DNA from: Hyaloraphidium curvatum SAG 235-1
Lineage: Eukaryota > Fungi > Monoblepharomycota
Direction: 5' to 3'
Assembly (NCBI GenBank): GCA_025558095.1
Contig: JAIVFI010000011.1
Span: forward strand, 186,001-250,000
DNA length: 64,000 bases
The position numbers were made by a program, and so were the translations under genes. Positions 23,723 to 33,433 of this stretch are shown in pieces (the first letter of the stretch is position 1; each line of letters opens with the position of its first letter). The notes beneath the pieces are model-generated. The model did not search any database, was not told where the DNA came from, and worked only from the letters and a program-made list of their open reading frames with translations.

Positions 23723-26700
23723 ATGTCGTCTCCGCGGCCCGCCGGCCCGGGCTCTGGGCCGCGCAGCCCGGTGACGACGAGCCCGATTAAGAGAACGGGC
23801 TCGACCGGGAAGGAGAAGGACAAGAGCCAGGGGAGCAAGGTCGCCGCGTCGCGCCGACGGGCCAGGGGGGCATTGGCTGCCTACTACGGGCTCCAGGACG
23901 CGGCAGCCGAGGCGAAAGCAAAGGCGGAGAAGCGCAAGGATCCCCTCGATATAGGTCGGACACTTGGGCGGTCTCCGACCTTACGTCGGCATCGCCGGAG
24001 TCAGGCAACTCATGGTGCCGCGCTTTCGGGCGCGCTTTCGGGCTGCAGATGGCGCGTCTTTCGAGCCCGATCGTTACGTTGCCAAGTTCTTGCAAGAGGC
24101 AGATGTGGTACAGCTGATCCAGAAGGACAATGATCTCATTACCGGTCGGTGTTGAGTTGCAAGCTTGTCTCGGACCCTGGCAAGCGATTCCTTGGACGCA
24201 ACTCACGGGGCTCATGCCGCAGCGGTCAAGACTCTGGATGGCGAGATGAAAACGCTGGTCTACGAGAACTACAACAAGTTCATTACCGCGACGGACACGA
24301 TTCGGAAGGCGAGTCGCAAAGTCGCTCGCGTTTTGGAGTTCCTTCCTTATCTGTAGCACCGCAGATGAAAGACACCGTCGATAGTATGGACGCCGAAATG
24401 GACGGTCTGATGCGGCAAGTGCAGACGATTGGCACCAAGGCGGACCTCCTGAACGAGGCTTTGGGCGAGCGGCGGCAAGAGGTCCGAAGACTTACTGGGG
24501 TCCACAGCGTCTTGCGAAAGGTCTGGAGTCATTTGCTGCGTCGCGAGGCTCCTCTTACCGCGGTCCCCACGGCAGCTCCAATTCATCCTCGAGCTGCCCG
24601 ATACGCTGAGGGAAGCGTTGGCAAAGAAGCAGCTTCCCCAGGCCGTTCGGCACTATGCCCAGACGTCCAAGATCATGGAGCAGTACAGCGATTTGGCCGT
24701 CTTCAAGAGCATCGAGAGCGAGTGCAAGAACATCATGAAGGGCGCTGCCGCGAGCCTGGAGGCGCAGCTCGCCAGCGCGTCGTCGGCTTCTTCCGTGGTT
24801 CAGGCGGTGGAACTCCTCCTGGGACTTGGCCGTACACCGCGCGAGATGTGGAAGGCAATGCTGGAGACGTGAGCAGCCGTTTGTTTCGTTGCGCCCCGCG
24901 ACGATCTCACTTTGGGAACCCCAGGTCGCACCGTTACCTGAAGCAGGTCAAGCAGAGCTGTACGAGCTCAATCGCGTCCATGCAAGCCGGTGGAAGAGGC
25001 AACAGATCCCCGGACTCTGTCCCGGGACAGGATCCCGCGGGACAAGCTGCTGGACCAGCCAGCATGGCCGACCTCGTTGATGTGGTGAACCAACGGTATC
25101 TTTCCGACTTTGGCACGCTCGTAGCAGGCTTCGAAGACCTTTTCCTTGCTACGGATGTGCCACAAGCCGGTGCTTCGGGAGCAGCGCAGCCGGAGAAACC
25201 GCGGAAATCGGACAAGCTTGCTCCGCGATTGGACCTGGACAAGCGGCGGGACGCCCTTTTGGACCTGAAACTATCGGTGCCGGGGCTCGTTTCGGACTTC
25301 ATTTCCATGGTCTCTTCTTGTACTGAAGCGCGGCCCGGCGTTCCCGAGATACCGCCCGCGGAGTTGGATGCCGCTTTGACCGCACTTCACTCGGCCGTCG
25401 GCGCACAGCCTGCCCTCTGCCGTCTCGTGGAGCTGGACGATCACGTGCGGAGGTTCTCCATGGGAAAACTGCGGAAGAGTGCAAACGCGGTGCTGGCGAG
25501 GGCGACGACGGACGTGTTGAGCCGGTTTGGACCCGTGCTCAGTCAGGACCGCATGCCCCCTGCGGAGCTCGTTCGGTTGGTGAACGAGATCGTGGCCTGG
25601 CTCGATTTCGAACTCTCGACTCGGTGCCTGACGTACATGAGCGCGTTCGTCACCGAAGGGACGGGGCGCTACCTCCCCGCGGTCGCGGACGGCCGCGTGG
25701 AGTACCTGGAAACGATCCGCGTCGAGCTGCGCCTTTTCTGGCAGGATTTGCTCCAGCGACTCCGGGACCTGGGTGTTTCGCGGGGTGACTCCGACGATCG
25801 GACGGAAGCTAGCGGTTCCGAGGAGCCGTCCCCGGCGCTCGCGTTGGCCACATGCCGCTTCTGCGCCGACCTCCCGGTTTCGGCCATATATGGAAACTTT
25901 GCGAAGCGCCTTTGGGACACTGCAGCGGATGCCCCGAGCGAAAGCAGGAAACCGCGGAAGCTCGGAGGATCCTCGCCGGCGGATGACTTTCTCCTGGATG
26001 CTGTCGACGTCTCCAAGTCGGTCCGCGCCGAGGCCGAGGAACTGGCGGCAGTCTACACGAGAAGCGCCGCGGAAGGCGTCCTGAGCTCTTTGCGTACCGA
26101 GTTTTCTCTGTTGACAGACTGGATGAGGTCGGAACCCGTCGCAAAGGTCTCCGATGGCGTTGCCGCGCTGCTGAACGGATTGCGGGCCGTTCACGGCGAA
26201 ATCAGTGCCGTGTTTGGCCAAGTGCCTCGCACTGCGCAAGCGCGGGCACCTGCGCCGCTCAGCTCGAAGAGCGCTCACGCTTCAACTGCATCATTGAGGC
26301 CGGCCAGCGGCAAGATCGCCGCCGTGGACAGACTGTTTGCAGAGACTGAGGAGTGGTACTCTGTCTCTTTACCGCTGAAAGCGCCAGTCTTGATGGATGC
26401 AGTCGTCAAGATTGCTTTGAAGGTACAGAGCTAACGGCGCGCTCACCGCATGAAGTGCGACGCTAACCCTTTTGATAGGTGTTCCTCGAGCTTGTTCGAA
26501 TCCAGACCTTCTCCAACGACGGTTTCCAGCAAGTACAGCTCGATGTCGAAGTGTGCCGCACAACGCTTTGGCCCTACGTCACGGACCAAAGGTGAGATTA
26601 GCGTCTTGTTCGGGTCTTTTCCCCGTGCGTACCGCCGCTAACGTCACGTTCAGAGCTTTAGGCGCACTTGCCGACGAACTGGTGTCAAGCGCAGCCAGTC

Positions 26701-26789
26701 GGACTGCCGGACCGGCCCAATCCCTGGATCGTACAAAGCTGGACAGGTTCCTTGCGCTCTTTGAGCGGGAGCTCGGGGACCCCCAGTGA
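23723..26789 (+). CDS. VPS51: GARP/EARP complex subunit Vps51/Ang2, multi-exon
   Basis: [46 protein letters not shown] (Vps51 hallmark), LQFILELP, and C-terminal [19 protein letters not shown]. Confidence 0.92.
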
Positions 26790-26800
26790 TCAATACACGA

Positions 26801-27967
26801 TCATTCTGCCCTCCTTCTGAACTTTGCCTGCACCCATATCCTGTGCATCTTGAGCTTCCTCGAGCGGTTGACCAGCAATCGCCGATCGACTTCGTTCTCC
26901 AAAACGTCGAAATACGGCGCAAAGATTTCGTTCACTTCCTCCTGCGTGTAGAAGTAAACCTGGGTCCCGTCGCCCCGAATGTAGAAGTGATCGTCCAGCA
27001 ATCTTCCGCCCTTCAAGCGCAGCTGCGTCAGGTCGTAGCGTCCATAATCGCGAAACAGGACCATGCCGCCGGGCTTCACAGCCCGCGCAAGGTTGGCAAC
27101 GGCAGCTTTCCATTTGGAAGGATGCAATGCGGACAAAACAAAGATGCAGGTGCAAGCGTCCACAGTGTGTGGCTCAATCTCCTTCGGCGGCACGTCGCTG
27201 GTGATGTCTGGTGGAAGGTGCGCAATCGGAAACCCAACGCAGCGCCGACGCATGGGCCACCTACCAAAAACGAAAGCCTGACAGCGCGCAGTGTCGTACA
27301 TTTGATTAGACTGTGCCACAGACCGTCCATGAGTCGCACTTCACGCGTGTTTCGCCTCCGAAACCTTACCTTCACGATGTCGACGGCCGTGGCAGAGAAA
27401 TCGGAGGCGTAGACGAACACATCTTCCCCCTTCTTGGCCTCCAGGAGCGGGAAAAGAGTGTTCCCAACGCCGCAGCCGACCTCCCAGACCACGAGCTTCC
27501 CGGCTGTCCCGCGATCGCCGAATATCTCGGGGAACTCAATGTCCAACCACCGCCGGTCCTTGAAGAACTTGTTCTCATTCCGGGTGTAGAACTCGTCCCA
27601 AAACCGCGCCGCATCCCGGTCGTACATGTCTTGAGCAAACGTAGAGTCGTCAAGGAGGGCCCGTTTTTGGACCTGCCGTGGCTCCGAGCCCACCTCGCTT
27701 GTCGGCAGGCACCGGGTTGCTCCTTTGCTTCTCTATCGCCTTCTCGGCCTCCCGCTCCTGCTCCTCCCCCCACTCCACTTTGTCCCATGCGTTGAAATCC
27801 CATACATTGTCCTCGCTCGTCAGCAAGCGGTTCCCGAACTCGGCTACGGAGCTCGCGGTCTTTTTGTTTGCTTGTTCGTTCGAGAGAGACGGGCCGGCAA
27901 TAGCGGCTATCCGAGCCGGCGAGGCCGATGGCAATGAGGAGGGATCTTCCGAGCTCGCAGCGGACAT
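26801..27967 (-). CDS. TRM140: tRNA N3-methylcytidine methyltransferase (Trm140/METTL2), multi-exon
   Basis: FGNRLLT...FNAWDKVEW, WDEFYTRNENKFFKDRRWL, EVGCGVGNTLFP, IFVLSALHP, LFRDYGRYDLTQLR and RGDGT. Confidence 0.93.
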
Positions 27968-28117
27968 GCTCGCTGGGCCGTCAACGTGCAGGAGAGTGTT
28001 CTCTGCTGGGTGGGTGATCGCGAGTCGTCCACATGCAGTCCCGGCCATTGCCCGGCCACGTCCGCCCACCCCATCTCCCAACGGCCTACGCTCTGGGCGC
28101 CTGAAGTGGTCGACAAA

Positions 28118-29349
28118 ATGAATGCGCTCACTGGACAGGCGGCCTCGGTGCCATGCCCGCCCGAACCGGAGGTCCAACGAGGTCTCTCCGAAAAGGCACC
28201 TGCCGTCCCATCTCCCGTGTTCCTGCCCGCGGAAATCCTCCTCCACATCATGAAGCAGCTGGACTGGGCGAGGAAAAAGAAGTCTCTCCTGAGCGTGCTC
28301 TCGACGTGTCGTTTTCTGCTCACGCTGGGGATGCGCGTGCTGGTGCGGAAGCTCCAAATCACGCCGCTTTACAAAGGGCAAATGGGCAAGTGGAGAGGGC
28401 TGTTGTCTGACGGGCTGCACTTGGGCAAGCTTCAGATGGTGCGGGAGTTGAGCATTTCTATCGAGTCGGACCCTTTTGTCCAAGCGCTTTTGCGCAACGT
28501 CGCCCCCACGATCCTGAAGCTCGAGCTCGATATCTCCGACCTACCTGCCCTCTCGAACTGTCTTCCCGCCATCCGCACGTCAAATGCATTGCGCTCCGTT
28601 TGCGTTTCGTACGATCGAAACCACGACGTGCCTTCGGAAGCGCGAGGAGAAGAGACCCTGCTTCAGCACCTCGACAAGCTCGGCGGTAGTTCGAGGAGTT
28701 TGAAGTGCATTCCCTCGTCTCGTGGAATGACTTTATCATGGACAATTTCAGCTGGCCCGGTGCGATCCTCGAGTTTCCAACGGTTGCGGCCAAGCTCCGC
28801 CGCCTTACATTCAACATGTGTGAGCTTGATGATTGGACGGCCGCCGTACTCGAAAACGTTCAGGAGCTCGACGTTGCCTGCTCTGACTTTGAACTGGCCC
28901 CCAAGGCCGAAGATCTGCGCCGCATCCGAGCTGCGTTCCCTGGTCTGCAGGATCTGACGTTGGACCTGGCGTCAACGTCCATTCTCGCGGGGTGCGAATG
29001 GACGGGGCTACAGCGGATCTTTCCGTTCAGCTGCAGCGATCTGGACATGCCTCACGAAGCGTTTCCTGCCGTCCGAGCCGCGATCAAGACGTCGAGTACG
29101 TTGATCATCATCGACCCTGCGTGGGATGCCCTCTTTGAAGGACGCGGGTTGACGTTGTCGCAAGTGAATGCTATGGACATCGAGGAAGACTACTGGTTGG
29201 AGATCGAGGAGCTTTACTGGTTGGACAAGAAGAAAGGGGTGGTCTACCACCAGGGAGCCAATTGGGACGAGGTGCGGCAAAGCGTCACGAAGTTGCATGA
29301 TGTTGAGAACTTCATGGACGTCAACGGTGCCAACGGAGCGGCTCAATGA
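28118..29349 (+). CDS. F-box-like / leucine-rich protein; frame switch near 28690 (weak intron or frameshift)
   Basis: FLPAEILLHIMKQL...LLSVLSTCRFLLTLGMRVL (F-box-like), followed by LxxLxL repeats across ORFs 27986-28957 and 28705-29349. Confidence 0.65.
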
Positions 29350-29417
29350 CGATCAAGGCTTAGGCGGCGACGAGGGCGCGATCTTATGTTCTCGCGCAAA
29401 GCAAATGCACTCTCAGT

Positions 29418-31184
29418 TCATCTATAGTACACGCTTCCTGGAACGGATGACCCGGCGATACTGTAAGAGGGCAGGCTTCCGTTGCCTGTGCCGTACGTCC
29501 CGCCCATCGCCTGTGTGGCGGGGGGATCAAAATAGCTGTCTATGACCTCGTTCTGCATGATGCCAGAGGATTGGCGAACCCGCGACGGCGACGATCTGCG
29601 GGGCGTTGGCTCCCTGGCGACGGGGATCGATTGGCTCGCCTGCGAAACCGTGTAGGTCGTTGGCATGGAGGCCGTGTACGCTGCCGGGGGTGCTTCGGGC
29701 ATGCGAGGCGTAGCTCCAGAGCTATCGGTCGTGCAGCAGTCGCAGGTCCCCGAGCACACCGAATCGTTGTCACCAGCGTCGGGATCCTTGTTAGTGACTC
29801 CCAAGCTCCGCTGCGGCGACACCGCGGTCCTCGACGTGGCGGTCGTTGCCGCGCTGGTGGGTGACTCGGGATCCTCACTGGCGAGCGTCTCCACCGATTG
29901 CAGCTCGACCGCTTGCTTCTTCTTCTTTGGCCGCGCCAAAGCCCAGAACGTCACGGCAGCAATGAGCCAAACGACAATGAGGCCTCCAACGGAAGCGCCG
30001 ATGATCAGTCCCAGGTTCAGCGTGGCAGGTGCTCCCGTCTCCACGGGAAGCGGGGCAGTTTCGTTGTTCAAGGGGATCGCGAAGCCCGGGGTCAGGCCCG
30101 ACGACGCAGATTGCACGCACGAGCCGATGAAGACGCTCTGCTCGCCGGTTTCGTTCCTGCGCAGGAGGCATCCTTGGCCCGTGCCCAAGGTGGCTGCCCT
30201 GCCGGTATTGATCAGCATCCTGCTTGTGTCCCAGGGTCGTGCAGGATCCATGGGAGCGAGCGACCAATGCTCGGACGACACTTCGGCTGCCGCCTCCTGG
30301 CGCCGCCCGAGCACTTTTGCAAGAATGCCACGAGAGGTATGAGCCGTCCTCGCGGGGCATGTCTTGATCACCAGGACGCCATCGTACCGCGAACTCAGAC
30401 AGCTTCCGGCCTCGGTGGTCAGCTCCATCAGAAACGAAAGGCAGTTCGATGTCGACGCCGCCGAGCACCGTGCGGAGAAAACGATTGGAGGAGACGAAAG
30501 CTTGCAGTTGGTAAATTCCGTGGAGGTGCACGACAGCCCGGTGCCGGCGCTCGAATACACGACGAGGGCGCTGCCTGGGTAAACGGGAACAACTGATTCC
30601 GTCGCGATAGGGAACGGCGTGTGTGACCGTGTCGAAGTCATCGTCGTTGTCTCCGTGCTCATAGCCTCCACTGACTCCGTGGAGCTCGGCGTCGCTGCCA
30701 GAGTCGCCGTCGGCGAGACCTCAAAAGTTGACGTCGGCGCCTCGGTCGCAGACGGGAAGGGGTCCGTCATCATGGAGGGCACAACAGACGTGCTCAGCAA
30801 GGTTGGACCCGTCTGCAACGTAGCCGTGGCCGTCACGTCGGATCCGGGAGTTTGTGGGGGCAGCTTGCTCGCGATTTCGGGCGGCGTCCGCGTGCGGGTC
30901 TCCTCTGTTGACACCGCCAGACTCGCGGATGCCGTTGCGTCCCCGACCAAGCCGGTGGTGCTGGTGAGAAGCAATGTCGCCGAAATGAGGTCGGAGAGCG
31001 TCGTCGTGTCCGTCGAGAGCAATGTGGGCGTCAAGGTGGGCCCGAATGTCAAGCTCGGCGTCGGGGACAGGGTGCTGCTTCCGTCACCCTGCTCCGGAGA
31101 TTGCGCCGAAACCCCGGCCGGGGGCAAAGCCAGGAGGCATACAAGGCTTGCCGCAAGGCGAGCCATTCGCCCGGAGGCCACCAT
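29418..31184 (-). CDS. Type I membrane protein with Ser/Thr-rich stalk and ricin-B-like ectodomain; paralogue of 18932-20395
   Basis: Signal peptide MARLAASLVCLLALPPAGVSA, mucin-like S/T region, MLINTGRAATLGTGQGCLLR and TM LIIGASVGGLIVVWLIAAVTFWAL. Confidence 0.8.
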   Translation of the reverse strand: MVASGRMARLAASLVCLLALPPAGVSAQSPEQGDGSSTLSPTPSLTFGPTLTPTLLSTDTTTLSDLISATLLLTSTTGLVGDATASASLAVSTEETRTRTPPEIASKLPPQTPGSDVTATATLQTGPTLLSTSVVPSMMTDPFPSATEAPTSTFEVSPTATLAATPSSTESVEAMSTETTTMTSTRSHTPFPIATESVVPVYPGSALVVYSSAGTGLSCTSTEFTNCKLSSPPIVFSARCSAASTSNCLSFLMELTTEAGSCLSSRYDGVLVIKTCPARTAHTSRGILAKVLGRRQEAAAEVSSEHWSLAPMDPARPWDTSRMLINTGRAATLGTGQGCLLRRNETGEQSVFIGSCVQSASSGLTPGFAIPLNNETAPLPVETGAPATLNLGLIIGASVGGLIVVWLIAAVTFWALARPKKKKQAVELQSVETLASEDPESPTSAATTATSRTAVSPQRSLGVTNKDPDAGDNDSVCSGTCDCCTTDSSGATPRMPEAPPAAYTASMPTTYTVSQASQSIPVAREPTPRRSSPSRVRQSSGIMQNEVIDSYFDPPATQAMGGTYGTGNGSLPSYSIAGSSVPGSVYYR

Positions 31185-31313
31185 GGTCCGTAGGACAGCG
31201 AGAATTAGACGGTGATCAACAACGGGGCCAACGGGGCTGAGTCGCCAAACAGAGAGCGCGTGCTGGGAGCACAACCCAGGCACAAACGAAAGGGAGGCCA
31301 AGATAGAATCGAA

Positions 31314-33305
31314 TCAACACAAACAGATCACACTGCTGCAAGCTAGGCAGAAGGGCATGTCGTCGTCGAAACGCTTCCGCATGCGCGCCTGCCAACCGGC
31401 GACCTTCATGACGGCAACGATCTGCTGGACCACCTGGGTCGAAAACGAGTTGCCAAGCTGCTCGTGCCGGCGAAGATTGGATGCCTGCGATACCGTCCCG
31501 AGGAGAGTATAGTTGTCCGGGAATCCGAGCAGGCGCTCTTCTTCCACCGGCAACAGCGGGCGCACCCGCGGATCCTCGTGAGTGAACCCGGCATAGGGCT
31601 GCTCGGTCAAGCGCGGATCTCGCACAAGGGTGCCATGTGTAGTCCTTTCGGAAGGCGTCAGCTCAACGATGTTCTCGGAAGACGTACAAGACTGCTGCAG
31701 ACCTCACGATGCACACAGCCTTCTTGCGCCAGTGTTCCAGCGGATAGCCGCTCACGAGCATGTCTGCGAGATTGGGTTCCGGCCACGGAGTCACCAACGG
31801 TTGCACCCGGAGGTTGGTCCAATCTGCACGACGAGATTGTCAGCAACTGCGCATCCGGCAAAGTCAAGAGCCCACAAAGGCGATCTCTCTTGCATGCAGA
31901 CACTCGATCCGCCATATATCGAACCGGCTGAACCCCCATCTCTGTGGACGGATCGTGCTCAGTTGCGTTGAAGTCGTTGGCGGCACACAATACCTCGGGA
32001 GATCGTCTGCAGATCCTCGCTCGGCATCCCGTACACATTTTCGAGCAAGAAAGGCACGTGCGGCTTCGCCTTCGGCCCGGCATTGACTCTGTCGACAATC
32101 TCCAGTATGCGGGGCTGTGCCGGAGGGCAATGTAGCTCAGGTCCAATGCTAACAACTACGGCGAGAGGACCCACGATATGGAAGAACAGCTTGCTCCTGC
32201 TACCGTTCAATCCAAGTCTATCGGGTCCTTTTGCACGGGACAGATCCTGGCACGGAGAACCGCCAATGACAAAGTCGATCGGTCCGAGCTGCCGCGCCAT
32301 CTCCTCGGTAAAGCTCTCGACGTTGCCTGCAAATGTCAAATGTTAGGGAAGCAAATGACAGGAGAGCGCTGAAGGAGCACGATACCCACCTAAATGGAAA
32401 ACGTTCGAATGATTCTTGGTCACGACCGCCGCGCACTCCCGATTGAGCTCGAACGACAGTACGCGACCAACCCTGATCCCCGCCCGCTTCAGCGCGACGA
32501 GGTCGCCGCCGATCCCCGTGAACAGAGACAGGACGCAGATCCCATCGAACGGCAGGCTCGCAAAGTTGGCCGGCAGCTGCGGCGGCGAGATCGGAACCTT
32601 GCCTCTCGCCGCCGGGCTCCTCGTGTTCTCCAGCTCGAGTGCGCGCTTGAGGGAGCCCGATGCTCGGTCGTAGTAGTCGGGCGTGATCGAGATCGACAGC
32701 GAGACCTTCATCGACCACCGAGCGTCTGGAGCTTGGAGCACGGTTCCGCTGATCGTGGCAACTCCCGAGTCGAGCAGAGGCGCGAGCTCCCTGACGAACG
32801 TCGCGGGAAGGAACCCGAGCTGATTCGGCACGTTCTCATGCTCCGCGGCCGACGCTCCGGGCGTTGCTCGAGTGCGGCACACCGCGACGGCGTTGGAGTC
32901 ATAGGGGTTCTCGCGCTGGCGGAAGAAGAGCACGGGCTCGCCGACGGCCGCGGCGCCCGCGTTCCTCGTGTGCTTGAAGGCCCCTGCAACGGGAACTTCC
33001 AGGACCAAGCGCTGCGGAGAAGTCGCGGCCGGGGCGACGGTGCCTCCCGGCGTGCCGCCGCCGACGACGAATCCCGGCTTGTGCACCCCAGAAGTTGAAG
33101 CTCCACTTGACCTGGCAACTCGCTCGGCGTGCAGCTGGCTCAAAAGAGAAGTTGGAAGGGGTGCAGGTGCCGCGTAGACGCGTGGCTTTTTGACTGTCTC
33201 CCCGCCGCCCTCTGGCGCCCGCCGCTTCCGCGCCGGTGGAGGGGACGGGACCGCGATGGTCTCTTCGTCATCGTCCGAAACGAGGTCGATGACGATGGGG
33301 GCCAT
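31314..33305 (-). CDS. HIRAN domain-DNMT3-like C5 cytosine DNA methyltransferase fusion, 6 exons (about 570 aa)
   Basis: HIRAN: VAGAFKH...GEPVLFFRQRENPYDSNAVAV...QLGFLPATFVRELAPLLDSG. MTase motifs in canonical order: I VLSLFTGIGG, II SFE, III GNV, IV DFVIGGSPCQDLS, SKLFF, VI FLLENV, VIII SACKRDRLYWTNL, IX EERLLGFPDNYT, X LGNSFS. Introns 32389-32327, 32174-32115, 31993-31942, 31875-31824, and 31702 (or 31687)-31645. Confidence 0.88.
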
Positions 33306-33433
33306 CGCTGGATGTGGTGGAGGGCGGGGCGGGGCGTTTTGGGCGTGGGGGGCGCTCCGGTTGCACGAGTCACCACGATCGAAAGGACCACTGGAGACGA
33401 CTTTCGGAAAGCTTTGAGACTGGCAAATGGCAT

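Noticed and set aside
31314-32560. Interpretation as DNMT2/tRNA methyltransferase or plant-type DRM
   Set aside because: No DNMT2 CFT motif and no PPCQ context; motifs are in canonical I-X order, not circularly permuted as in DRM.
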